Source of the DNA: Staphylococcus phage phiSabovST1
Reading direction: 5' to 3' (one strand)
Sequence record: PQ281812.1
DNA length: 50,001 nt
Shown here in pieces: positions 1 through 8,702 of this stretch (positions are counted from its first letter, which is position 1; each line of letters starts with the position of its first letter). A model generated the notes under the pieces. That model did no database searches and had not been told where the DNA came from. It worked only from the letters and a program-made list of their open reading frames with translations. The position numbers and the translations under genes were made by a program.

Positions 1-2
1 GT

Positions 3-209
3 CATTTAGCGATTGGATCTGCTTACGCCTTTAATATTCAAGGTGGAACGGAAATGACTGTTGAGGAAAAGATTGCAAGCGGATTAAATGATTCAAACGT
101 ACATGTCGATTTCATGATTGGTAGTAGTGATTTGACTATTTATGGCATATTCGAAGATGGTTCAAAAGAACTAGTATTTGAAAATGGAAATTGGGCATCA
201 ACATTTTAA
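3..209 (+). CDS. pepS: M29-family aminopeptidase (PepS/AmpS) C-terminal fragment, 5' partial
   Basis: Frame 3 is open from the window edge to TAA at 207-209. The translation ...HLAIGSAYAFNIQGGTEMTVEEK...VHVDFMIGSSDLTIYGI...LVFENGNW resembles the conserved C-terminus of thermophilic-type M29 aminopeptidases. Confidence 0.55.
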   Translation, partial: HLAIGSAYAFNIQGGTEMTVEEKIASGLNDSNVHVDFMIGSSDLTIYGIFEDGSKELVFENGNWASTF

Positions 210-297
210 TAAATGTATTTTGAGGTGCTGAGTAGGAAATGAAACATGTATTTAAAGGTCAAATACGTGATTAAAGTATAGATTGGGAGATAAAATA

Positions 298-828
298 ATG
301 ACAAATCAGGACAGACCAATGAAATCTATGTCAGAATCAAAATGTTATAAAAATAGACAAGTTTTCCCTCAAGATACGAATCACCATCATACAATGTTTG
401 GTGGTACATTGATGGCTAATATTGATGAAATTGCAGCAATCACAGCTATGAAACATGCTGGTGCGCAAGTAGTTACCGCATCTACAGACTCAGTAGATTT
501 CTTAAAGCCGATTAAAACAGGGGACATATTACAATACGTAGCGATGGTTTCATACGCTGGGACTAGTTCAATGGAAGTGGTCGTTCAAATTAGAATTGAC
601 GATGTATTTAATAACAAGCATGATTTAGCTGCATTAAGTTACCTAACATTTGTTGCGTTAGATGATGAAGGCAAACCTAAACATGTACCTGGTGTATATC
701 CAGAAGATGATGTTGAAAAATGGTTTTATGATACAGCACCACAACGTGTTGAACGAAGAAAAGCACGTCGCATTGAAAGTAAACAAACAATTGAATATTT
801 AGCTCAAGTGCAACATATTAGAGACTAA
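298..828 (+). CDS. acyl-CoA thioester hydrolase (hotdog fold, YciA/YkhA-like)
   Basis: ATG at 298 preceded by GGGAGA. Protein motifs HTMFGGTLMANIDEIAAITAMKHAG...VVTAS.DSVDFLKPI are typical of acyl-CoA thioesterases. A long inverted repeat plus T-run follows at 837-899. Confidence 0.75.
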   Translation: MTNQDRPMKSMSESKCYKNRQVFPQDTNHHHTMFGGTLMANIDEIAAITAMKHAGAQVVTASTDSVDFLKPIKTGDILQYVAMVSYAGTSSMEVVVQIRIDDVFNNKHDLAALSYLTFVALDDEGKPKHVPGVYPEDDVEKWFYDTAPQRVERRKARRIESKQTIEYLAQVQHIRD

Positions 829-836
829 AAATATAA

Positions 837-899
837 AGACAGATTGTTAAGGATGAATTGAACTGTTATGTTCGAATATTCCACCTACAATCTGTCTTT
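837..899 (+). terminator. hairpin terminator after the thioesterase gene (11-bp perfect inverted repeat AGACAGATTGT/ACAATCTGTCT plus T-run)
   Basis: Inverted repeat with a roughly 33-nt loop followed by TTTTT. Confidence 0.4.
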
Positions 900-1102
900 T
901 TGATTATGCACGTTTATGCTTTTAGTTAAAATTTAACCCTTTTATTATAGACTATTAGTCCTATTAAATGACCTTTATTATTAAAGTAGAGTACTGCCAG
1001 CAATTAATTGTTTTTTATTTTATAATAGCATTAAAATATGCGGAGACTACTTATCGATAAAGTGCTTCTCCGCATAATTAAGAGTTTTTAAAATTGTATA
1101 AT

Positions 1103-2233
1103 TTATGGTTGTTTGTGCATATGACGCTCATTATCTTTAAAATCCATATTCGGATAGTACATATTTTTAACAAGAACATTTGGTCCTAAACAACTAAACT
1201 CGGAACAATGACAATTTAATGATTTAGCAAGATCAGAGGATAACCATTTATCAAATACATCTGTTAATTTATCTTTTTGTATATTCGAAATTGTACCTGT
1301 TTCATCTCCGAAATCAGTTACGATTACATTACCTGTAAATACATTGACATTTAAACGACTACGGCCATCCGGGTCATTTCTAGTCGTTACATTTTTAGCA
1401 GTTCTTAAACGTGATAGTAACTTTTGATCTTCATCATCTTTTAAGCATGGAAACACAGGCAAAGTACCAAATAACATCCAAATATCTTCATCTCTGAAAT
1501 CCAATATATCATGAATTGTCTTTTTCATTTCCGCTAGAGTTAACACATTTAATTGACTTGCAAAGTCAGCTGGATACATAGGGTGAATCTCGTGTCTGCT
1601 ACATTTCATATCATGAACGACTTCTTGATGTATTTTTCGTAAATGTGGTAGCGTACTTTGATTGAGCATTGTTTCCGCAGATACAAACATTCCTTGTTCT
1701 GATAATGTACGTGCATTCGAAATCATTTGTTCATATAATTTTAACTTAGCTTTTAACGGTGGTTGCTTCTTCATTGCGCCAAAGCCAACATTTGCGAATT
1801 CATCAGTTGTTCCCCAGTTATGTGAGATATGCATAACATCGATATATTCAGCAATATCTAAATAACGATCTTGAGGCAATGTTAGGTTTGAATTCATTTG
1901 TGTATATATACCTCGATGATGTGCATACTTTAATAGAGGTTTAACAACATTTCTAATAGACTTTTTAGAAAACATTGGTTCGCCACCTGTAATTGACATC
2001 GTTCGCAGATTTGGAATTTCATCAAGTCTACGATAAATTAAGTCCATATCTAAAGGCTCGGGGTCGACAGTTTGTAAAGTATAACCAACTGCACAGTGGC
2101 TACAACGCATATTACAAAGATTTGTAGTTGTAAATTCGATGTTACTTAAAGTTAATTGGCCATGTTCTTTAACATCGTTATATGATTCCCATGGATCGTT
2201 TTGAATTCTTATTTTAGGCTTGTTATTACGCAT
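1103..2233 (-). CDS. radical SAM domain protein (chromosomal)
   Basis: N-terminal CNMRCSHC (CX3CX2C) cluster. 376 aa. A 10-bp perfect hairpin TATGCGGAGA/TCTCCGCATA lies downstream at 1041-1080. Confidence 0.7.
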   Translation of the reverse strand: MRNNKPKIRIQNDPWESYNDVKEHGQLTLSNIEFTTTNLCNMRCSHCAVGYTLQTVDPEPLDMDLIYRRLDEIPNLRTMSITGGEPMFSKKSIRNVVKPLLKYAHHRGIYTQMNSNLTLPQDRYLDIAEYIDVMHISHNWGTTDEFANVGFGAMKKQPPLKAKLKLYEQMISNARTLSEQGMFVSAETMLNQSTLPHLRKIHQEVVHDMKCSRHEIHPMYPADFASQLNVLTLAEMKKTIHDILDFRDEDIWMLFGTLPVFPCLKDDEDQKLLSRLRTAKNVTTRNDPDGRSRLNVNVFTGNVIVTDFGDETGTISNIQKDKLTDVFDKWLSSDLAKSLNCHCSEFSCLGPNVLVKNMYYPNMDFKDNERHMHKQP

Positions 2234-2254
2234 TTTATAAACTCCTTAATTGTT

Positions 2255-2277
2255 ATTTGATACCAATATGATACCGT
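2255..2277. other. candidate attL (tandem GATACC motifs: TGATACCAATATGATACCGTTT) immediately 3' of int
   Basis: It lies in the 45-bp gap between the radical SAM start and the int stop. A related sequence is at 45183-45206 and another at 42062-42079. Confidence 0.35.
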
Positions 2278-3324
2278 TTAATCAAATATGCTCATAGCTT
2301 GATGTTTTTTATCAGTATATAAATGAGAGTACGTTTGAATTGTTTCTGTAATGTTAGAGTGCCTCATTAATTCCATTAATAAATACATATCTACACCATT
2401 ATTAATTAAATAGCTTGCGTACGAGTGTCTTAAATGGTGTATTTTTAGATTCGAGAATACAGATTTAAAATGATACGAATAAGTAATGTATCTAATAGGT
2501 TCTAAACCCCCGAATATAAAATAGTTTTCGTCAAAATATTTATATCTTTTAGAAGATTCGTTATACATGTTTTCAAGCATCTCTCTAATTAAATTTGGCA
2601 CAGGTATTATCCCTTTAGAGCTTTCTTTTTTTAGATTATATTCAATTTTTCTATTACTTAAATTGATTTTCTTATTTACGTCAATTTCGCCTTTTATTTT
2701 ATTGTAATCTTTCCACTGCAAAGCTAAAGCTTCTCCTATTCTAAGACCAGAATAAAATAACAGTTTAGTTAGCTGACGAGAAGTATCGTTTGTGATTTGT
2801 TCTACTTTTTCATCAAATTCTTCACGAGTGATAAATTTAGCTTGTGGTTTTGTTCTGGGAATAGGAGTTACCGATAATGTGGGGTCGTATAAGAGCTTGT
2901 AATGCTTTTTGGCGTAATTGATAACTGCTTTAAAACCTGCCCACACAGATCGTGCATAGCCAACAGAAAGACCTGCATCGTTTAACAAATAATTCCTGAA
3001 AGCAGTACATTGCGTAGTAGTGATTTTGCCAATAGGGATATTTCCGAACCTTTCTTTTATGTGAGTATTGTATTCTGTAGTTCGCTTTTCTATTGAGCGT
3101 GCAGAAAGATTTTCATTTTTTAAACGATCAAAAAATATATATTCAAAGGGTTGATTGTCCGAGTATCCATATTTAACATTTTGTATAAATTCGCTTTCAG
3201 CTAGTTTGGCATCTTTCTTACGTTCAAACCCACGCTTCATTTTTCGTTTGTTATTACCGTATACATCTTTATATCTAATAGAAAAATACCATTTACCTGT
3301 ATTATCATCCTTATATACTGGCAT
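2278..3324 (-). CDS. int: tyrosine integrase (phage integrase family; phi11/phiPV83-like as far as I can recall)
   Basis: 348 aa. C-terminal catalytic region ...HHLRHSYASYLINNGVDMYLLMELMRHSNITETIQTYSHLY carries the R...HxxR...Y signature. It sits at the prophage end adjacent to the candidate att. Confidence 0.9.
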   Translation of the reverse strand: MPVYKDDNTGKWYFSIRYKDVYGNNKRKMKRGFERKKDAKLAESEFIQNVKYGYSDNQPFEYIFFDRLKNENLSARSIEKRTTEYNTHIKERFGNIPIGKITTTQCTAFRNYLLNDAGLSVGYARSVWAGFKAVINYAKKHYKLLYDPTLSVTPIPRTKPQAKFITREEFDEKVEQITNDTSRQLTKLLFYSGLRIGEALALQWKDYNKIKGEIDVNKKINLSNRKIEYNLKKESSKGIIPVPNLIREMLENMYNESSKRYKYFDENYFIFGGLEPIRYITYSYHFKSVFSNLKIHHLRHSYASYLINNGVDMYLLMELMRHSNITETIQTYSHLYTDKKHQAMSIFD

Positions 3325-3359
3325 TTTGCTTCTCCCTCCTCAAAATTGGCAAAAAATAA

Positions 3360-3500
3360 TAAGGGTAGGCGGGCTACCCGTGAAAAATCCTTGAAATGAT
3401 TGTCAACGTAATTTATAATAAAAGTAAGATAACTCGAGAAGGATTAGCTCTGGGTCCCCGAATGGGGGTAGGCGAAAGCTGAGAATTCCTATGACCCTGG
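3360..3500. promoter_or_regulatory. int upstream region with repeated GGTAGGCG motifs and GC-rich hairpins (GGGTAG..CTACCC; CCCCGAATGGGG)
   Basis: Seen directly. It lies between the Abi gene stop and the int start, so it presumably holds the int promoter and the Abi terminator. Confidence 0.3.
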
Positions 3501-3502
3501 GG

Positions 3503-4486
3503 TTATCTTTTTTTATTCGCCTTTTTTATATTATTTATTATATTTGGGTCATGTTTAATTTCTTTAACTATGAAATCCACAATTTGTTGAGAATATCTAG
3601 TGACATTTGCGAAATGATAAGAATATTTGTCGTCATTTTTCAAATTGTAGAATTTTATAATTAAACTCAAAGTATAGTTATTAAATTCATTTTTTCCATC
3701 TTTTTTATCAAAGTAGTTAAACTCTAAATTTTTAGCTTTTAACTGTTTGTTGATACCTTGTATCACATTATTAAAACTCAATGTGTACTTATCGTTAGGG
3801 TCTTTTAACTCTCTTAATATTTTAGCGTCATTTTCCGAATCACTTGAAACATTTACAGAAAAATCAGCGTTTTTTGGATTTTTAGTAATAATTATAGTGT
3901 TTTGCAAAGGAATTACTAAAGAGTTAGAATTATTTGTTTCTTGTGTAACTGCTAAATCATTTTTTTGAGTTATTAATTTTTCGGCAATGACTGGCGAATA
4001 CTTCCCGCGTATTTCATCATTGTTTAATATATCCATGTTTACAGATAAACTTAAAAAGTTTTGCGGGATTTTACGAGTTATATCTATATTATGGAATTTT
4101 TGTAGTTGTTCTGAAAAATTTAAAATATTAGCTTGGAAAAAAGGAGCATAAACTGTTTCATAATCCTCTGTAACCAAATGAGTGCTTATATTCCTCAAAT
4201 CTATAATCTTTTCTAGATTAATTCTCAATGGTTGATTTTTATCAGTATAGACATTTTTTATTACATCAGACAAGTTCAATGTACGGTTTGGATTGTCTGA
4301 ATAGTATATAGATGTACCATCTTTTAATAATTTAGCTTTCAACATTAATTCCCAAGCATTACATATAAAGAACGAAAATCCTTCTATCCTATATTTAATA
4401 GTAGGTTTATTATACAATTCTAATCCCATAATAAATGCTTCTTGGCATTTGATTAATAAACGTTCTTTTAGATTTTCTCTTTCCAT
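3503..4486 (-). CDS. HEPN-domain abortive-infection-like protein (Abi_2/AbiD-AbiF-like), accessory gene in the int-cI slot
   Basis: 327 aa. It contains an Rx4H HEPN motif (DLRNISTHL). The N-terminal EAFIMGLELYNKP...CNAWELMLKAKLL resembles Abi/HEPN N-termini. It is on the lysogeny-operon strand downstream of cI, with SD GAGGAGGA upstream. Confidence 0.55.
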   Translation of the reverse strand: MERENLKERLLIKCQEAFIMGLELYNKPTIKYRIEGFSFFICNAWELMLKAKLLKDGTSIYYSDNPNRTLNLSDVIKNVYTDKNQPLRINLEKIIDLRNISTHLVTEDYETVYAPFFQANILNFSEQLQKFHNIDITRKIPQNFLSLSVNMDILNNDEIRGKYSPVIAEKLITQKNDLAVTQETNNSNSLVIPLQNTIIITKNPKNADFSVNVSSDSENDAKILRELKDPNDKYTLSFNNVIQGINKQLKAKNLEFNYFDKKDGKNEFNNYTLSLIIKFYNLKNDDKYSYHFANVTRYSQQIVDFIVKEIKHDPNIINNIKKANKKR

Positions 4487-4521
4487 CCCTCATCCTCCTC
4501 GCGCCACACAGGCGCTGTTAA

Positions 4522-4707
4522 TCACATTTTAGTTCTATCAGTGATTTTAGACTCCATAACTCTTTGACGTGACTCTTTAGCTTCTCGAATCATATCTTTA
4601 AATTCTTGACTGTCTATAAAAGCTTTGGCTTCTTCTATTTGTTCTTGAGTAAGCTCTTTGCCACCAGTATTGATGTGTAAGTGTTCAATTTCTTTATAAG
4701 AACTCAT
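4522..4707 (-). CDS. hypothetical small protein (61 aa) co-transcribed with cI and the Abi-like gene
   Basis: ORF track. Its start overlaps the stop of the upstream 48-aa ORF (ATGA), which suggests translational coupling. Confidence 0.5.
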   Translation of the reverse strand: MSSYKEIEHLHINTGGKELTQEQIEEAKAFIDSQEFKDMIREAKESRQRVMESKITDRTKM

Positions 4708-4850
4708 TTTTTCGACTCCTGTTCTTCAAGTTCACTTTTAGTTATAGGTAAACCATTATTCAACCTATAAGTCAGTTCTTCTTCTGTATAAAAGGGGATT
4801 TCAACCATTTCCCACTCTTCAATGTTAATGTCAACTTCTTTTAAATTCAT
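4706..4850 (-). CDS. hypothetical small acidic protein (48 aa, MNLKEVDINIEEWEMVEIPFYTEEELTYRLNNGLPITKSELEEQESKK)
   Basis: Hand translation. Not in the ORF track because it is under 60 aa. SD-like GGAGGTAG upstream. It lies immediately downstream of cI. Confidence 0.4.
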
Positions 4851-4861
4851 TTTACTACCTC

Positions 4862-5593
4862 CTATAAAATAACTTTTCCAACTAATCTCACACTTTCATT
4901 ATCATAAAAATGTAAATCTTTATACTTTTTATTTAAAGAAACCAACGTTAATCTGTTATCTTCTACATAAACCTTCTTTACGTAAGCATCTCCATTTATA
5001 ATAAAGACGCCTATTTGTCCATCTTTGATAGTGTGAGATTTTTCAATGAATATAATTTGTCCATTTTTAAATAACGGCTCCATTGAGTCTCCATTTACTT
5101 TTAAAGCTATATCATGTGCGGGGACATAACCTCTTACGAATTCTTTTGAAATAGGTTCGTTATATAATCTTTCACCAATACCAGCAGACGCACAACCATA
5201 TATATCCACTTCGGATTTTTCTTGAATGTAAGAATTGAAATCTACCAGATTATCATCACTGTCATTATTTTGCTCTTCTAATTGATTAGTCGCATATTTT
5301 AGTACATTGCTTTGTCTTGGAGGCGTGAGTTGAGATGACACGTTATGAATTTCTTCAATAATTTTCGAATCATCCATATCATGTATTAAATCTAAGGGTT
5401 TAACTCCAAAAACGTTAGCTATTTCAGGTAATTTATCTAGTTTTGGACTTCTAATTCCCTTTCTCCATCTTGTGACTGTTGTTCTATTTACATCTACTAA
5501 TTCTGCTAATTCACTATCACTCATATCTCTTTTGTTCATCAGACGTTCTAGATTCGAAGAAAATGAACTCATATTTTTATCTCCTTTAAACAT
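4862..5593 (-). CDS. cI: CI-like repressor (XRE HTH plus S24 LexA-like peptidase domain)
   Basis: N-terminal HTH (SDSELAELVDVNRTTVTRWRKG). C-terminal GDSMEP...K motifs of S24 peptidases. Divergent from cro. Confidence 0.9.
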   Translation of the reverse strand: MFKGDKNMSSFSSNLERLMNKRDMSDSELAELVDVNRTTVTRWRKGIRSPKLDKLPEIANVFGVKPLDLIHDMDDSKIIEEIHNVSSQLTPPRQSNVLKYATNQLEEQNNDSDDNLVDFNSYIQEKSEVDIYGCASAGIGERLYNEPISKEFVRGYVPAHDIALKVNGDSMEPLFKNGQIIFIEKSHTIKDGQIGVFIINGDAYVKKVYVEDNRLTLVSLNKKYKDLHFYDNESVRLVGKVIL

Positions 5594-5619
5594 ATTATCT
5601 AACTAATAACTTCATTATA

Positions 5620-5743
5620 TGCCTACAGTTCCAAAAATGCAACAAAAAACATAAAAATATGTGTAGAGGCAAAAAAATATGTAAAAAGCACTTGCAATTT
5701 TGGAACATCAGGTGTAGTATTGTTTTCAGGAGGTGTTCCAAAA
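5620..5743. promoter_or_regulatory. cI-cro switch region with a sigma-A-like P_R (TTGCAA-17-TAGTAT at 5694-5722) and repeated operator motif GTTCCAAAAATGCA (5627-5645, 5739-5756; inverted half TTTTGGAAC at 5700-5708)
   Basis: Repeats and -35/-10 hexamers read directly from the sequence. Confidence 0.6.
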
Positions 5744-5983
5744 ATGCACAAAGATTTATATAGCTTTAGAAAAGCGGCGAAAAAGAACCAAGACTTTATG
5801 GGGAGTTTGATTGGTGTTTCGGGTCAACAATACGGAAAAAGAGAACGCGGAGAGATTCCTATTAATTTAGATGAAGCGATGATTTTTTCTAAGGCACTCG
5901 AAACACCTATACAAGAACTATTTCCAGAATATTTTTTTATTGAGCGAGTTCCAAAAATGCACAAAAACGAAATAACATCTTAA
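5744..5983 (+). CDS. cro: Cro-like HTH regulator
   Basis: ATG 5744 with AGGAGG 9 nt upstream. Small basic protein divergent from cI. A fourth operator copy (5947-5965) lies in its 3' end. Confidence 0.65.
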   Translation: MHKDLYSFRKAAKKNQDFMGSLIGVSGQQYGKRERGEIPINLDEAMIFSKALETPIQELFPEYFFIERVPKMHKNEITS

Positions 5984-5995
5984 AAGGAGGACACA

Positions 5996-6442
5996 ATGGA
6001 ACAAATCACGTTAACCAAAGAAGAGTTGAAAGAAATTATAGCGAAAGAAGTTAGAGAGGCTATAAATGGCAAGAAACCAATCAGTTCAAGTTCAATTTTC
6101 AACAAAGTAAGAATCAGCCATAAGGATTTTGATGAAATTAATAAAAAGTTTGCTTATACAGAATGTTTAAGAGGTGCTGACAATCTCGGCTTAGGACATC
6201 CATTATCTTTAAAGAAATATCAACACGGAATTGGATGTTATGAAAATTACAAAGCATACGCTAGTGAGATTCATGACCACATTAGAAAACTTACATTATC
6301 AGCTTTTGGTGTAACGCTTAATTCTGATTTAAAAGAGAGTGAATACGATGAAGCTAGCAGAATGTATGACATGTTAAAGAACTTCTATTTATATCGTTAC
6401 CAAAAACGGATTGAAACTTTGTCAATTGATGATTTCGAATAA
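5996..6442 (+). CDS. hypothetical early protein (148 aa)
   Basis: ORF with SD AAGGAGG. Confidence 0.6.
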   Translation: MEQITLTKEELKEIIAKEVREAINGKKPISSSSIFNKVRISHKDFDEINKKFAYTECLRGADNLGLGHPLSLKKYQHGIGCYENYKAYASEIHDHIRKLTLSAFGVTLNSDLKESEYDEASRMYDMLKNFYLYRYQKRIETLSIDDFE

Positions 6443-6456
6443 AGGAGGAATAACAA

Positions 6457-6690
6457 ATGAACATTCAAGAAGCAACTAAGATAGCTACAAAAAATCTTGT
6501 CTCTATGACACGGAAAGATTGGAAAGAAAGTCATCGAACTAAGATATTACCAACAAATGATAGTTTTTTACAATGCATCATTTCAAATAGCGATGGGACA
6601 AACCTTATCAGATATTGGCAACCTTCAGCCGATGACCTCATGTCAAATGATTGGGAAGTTATAAACCCAATTAGAGACCAGGAATTATAG
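6457..6690 (+). CDS. hypothetical early protein (77 aa)
   Basis: ORF with SD AAGGAGGA. Confidence 0.55.
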   Translation: MNIQEATKIATKNLVSMTRKDWKESHRTKILPTNDSFLQCIISNSDGTNLIRYWQPSADDLMSNDWEVINPIRDQEL

Positions 6691-7036
6691 AAGCAATTTT
6701 AGAAATGCTATCAATGATACTTTTTAAATTGTTTTTAAACTCATTTTCAAAGTAAACAATAGTCTTGTCTGAAATTGTTACATGATAAATAGTGTTGTCT
6801 GCAAGCACACCGTGGAGGAATCCGGAATTTTTAAGCTTTTTTAAATCGTTGTCGACATCTTCGAAATGCAATTTTTGAAAATACTTTAAATGTATACCTT
6901 CAGCATCATCGAAATTATTACAACTTAATTTAACAGAACCTGATTTTACACATTCTAAATAATCTTTGTAGAGTACGGACAAGATATATTGTTGGTCTTT
7001 AGTAAGTGTATCAAATTCATCAGATATCAAGGGCAT
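6671..7036 (-). CDS. hypothetical protein (121 aa), leftward gene embedded in the rightward early operon
   Basis: Perfect SD AAGGAGGTGA 8 nt upstream of the ATG on the minus strand. Confidence 0.6.
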   Translation of the reverse strand: MPLISDEFDTLTKDQQYILSVLYKDYLECVKSGSVKLSCNNFDDAEGIHLKYFQKLHFEDVDNDLKKLKNSGFLHGVLADNTIYHVTISDKTIVYFENEFKNNLKSIIDSISKIASIIPGL

Positions 7037-7091
7037 GTTATCACCTCCTTAGGTTGATAACAACATTATACACGAAAGGAGCATAAACATT

Positions 7092-7844
7092 ATGCAAGCA
7101 TTACAAACAAAATCGAACATCGGCGAAATGTTCAACATACAAGAAAAAGAAAATGGAGAAATCGCAATCAGCGGTCGAGAACTTCATCAAGCATTAGAAG
7201 TTAAGACGGCATATAAAGATTGGTTTCCAAGAATGCTTAAATACGGATTTGAAGAAAATACAGATTACACAGCTATCGCTCAAAAAAGAGCAACAGCTCA
7301 AGGCAATATGACTCACTATATTGATCACGCACTCACACTAGACACTGCAAAAGAAATCGCAATGATTCAACGTAGTGAACCTGGCAAACGTGCAAGACAA
7401 TATTTTATCCAAGTAGAGAAAGCATGGAACAGCCCAGAAATGATTATGCAACGTGCTTTAAAAATTGCTAACAACACAATCAATCAATTAGAAACAAAGA
7501 TTGAACGTGACAAACCAAAAATTGTATTTGCAGATGCAGTAGCTACTACTAAGACATCTATTTTAGTTGGAGAGTTAGCAAAGATCATTAAACAAAACGG
7601 TGTAAACATCGGGCAACGCAGATTGTTTGAATGGTTACGTCAAAACGGATTTCTTATTAAACGCAAGGGTGTGGATTATAACATGCCTACACAGTACTCA
7701 ATGGAGCGTGAGTTGTTCGAAATTAAAGAAACATCAATCACACATTCGGACGGTCACACATCAATTAGTAAGACGCCAAAAGTAACAGGCAAAGGACAAC
7801 AATACTTTGTTAACAAGTTTTTAGGAGAAAAACAAACATCTTAA
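7092..7844 (+). CDS. ant: phage antirepressor (AntA/ORF6N N-domain plus KilA-C-like C-domain)
   Basis: 250 aa. The N-terminal ...ELHQALEVKTAYKDWFPRMLKYGFEENTDY... is typical of AntA-family antirepressors. Confidence 0.8.
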   Translation: MQALQTKSNIGEMFNIQEKENGEIAISGRELHQALEVKTAYKDWFPRMLKYGFEENTDYTAIAQKRATAQGNMTHYIDHALTLDTAKEIAMIQRSEPGKRARQYFIQVEKAWNSPEMIMQRALKIANNTINQLETKIERDKPKIVFADAVATTKTSILVGELAKIIKQNGVNIGQRRLFEWLRQNGFLIKRKGVDYNMPTQYSMERELFEIKETSITHSDGHTSISKTPKVTGKGQQYFVNKFLGEKQTS

Positions 7845-7860
7845 TAGGAGGAATTAAAAA

Positions 7861-8025
7861 TGAACACACTATACAAAACAACTCTCCTCACCACAATGGC
7901 AGTTGTGACGTGGAAGGTTATAAAGGCAGAAAAAAACGATATGCACTCACATTATTCTTCTATCGTTTCATCTTCTCGTTTAGAAAAACTTTTAGCAAAT
8001 TCAAGAGACTTTAGATACTCATAAA
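7861..8025 (+). CDS. hypothetical small protein (54 aa)
   Basis: SD AGGAGG before ATG 7861. Its 3' end overlaps the convergent ORF 7952-8173. Confidence 0.35.
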
Positions 8026-8173
8026 AATAAGACTCACGTCTATTTTCGAGATATTCTTTGAATTCATCATCTGTATCAAAGTCTTCAAGCTTCAATGCAT
8101 GTGGCAAGGTTTGGATATATGCAGCGGCAAATTCAGATGGCTTATATTTCATTCCTTCAAACATACTTATCAC
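7952..8173 (-). CDS. hypothetical protein (73 aa), second leftward gene in the early region
   Basis: Perfect SD AAAGGAGGTGA upstream on the minus strand. Confidence 0.55.
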   Translation of the reverse strand: MISMFEGMKYKPSEFAAAYIQTLPHALKLEDFDTDDEFKEYLENRRESYFYEYLKSLEFAKSFSKREDETIEE

Positions 8174-8234
8174 CTCCTTTCACTAGGAGATAACTAAATT
8201 ATACACAACACAAAAATAAAAAGGAGGAATAGAT

Positions 8235-8456
8235 ATGATAAAAAATAGTTTGCAAGCTAAAGAACTTGCGGTAATTTTATCTGTTTCTAAATCCAAAGCA
8301 GGACAAATAATAAGAGAACTGAATAAAGAGCTTGAAGACGAAGGATACATTGCGATACGAGGAAAAATACCCGTCCAATTAGCTAGAAAAAAATTCCCTT
8401 ATCACGACTTATCAGACGAGAGAATAATGGAGGAGTTAAAAAAAGAAAATGAGTAA
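8235..8456 (+). CDS. small HTH DNA-binding protein (excisionase/AlpA-like fold candidate)
   Basis: 73 aa. ...LAVILSVSKSKAGQIIRELNK... is an HTH. SD AAAGGAGGAATAG. Confidence 0.5.
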   Translation: MIKNSLQAKELAVILSVSKSKAGQIIRELNKELEDEGYIAIRGKIPVQLARKKFPYHDLSDERIMEELKKENE

Positions 8457-8610
8457 AACTTATAAAAGCTACTTAATAGCAGTGCTATGTTTCACAGTCT
8501 TAGCGATTTGTTTAATGCCGTTTCTATACTTCACTACAGCGTGGTCAATTGCAGGATTCGCAAGTATCGCAACATTCATATTCTATAAAGAATACTTTTA
8601 TGAAGAATAA
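8449..8610 (+). CDS. small membrane protein (54 aa, two predicted TM segments)
   Basis: Hand translation MSKTYKSYLIAVLCFTVLAICLMPFLYFTTAWSIAGFASIATFIFYKEYFYEE. It overlaps the previous stop (ATGAGTAA). A hairpin follows at 8611-8650. Confidence 0.45.
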   Translation: MSKTYKSYLIAVLCFTVLAICLMPFLYFTTAWSIAGFASIATFIFYKEYFYEE

Positions 8611-8702
8611 AAAAAACTGCTACTTGCGCCAACAAGTAACAGTATCAAGCACTTAAGAAAAATTTCAAGTTAAATATAAAATGAAAAACGGAGGAAGTCA
8701 AG

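Noticed and set aside
1662-1865. Plus-strand 67-aa ORF inside the radical SAM gene, and the 3155-3394 ORF overlapping the int 5' end
   Set aside because: Both are antisense to strong CDSs and have no RBS.
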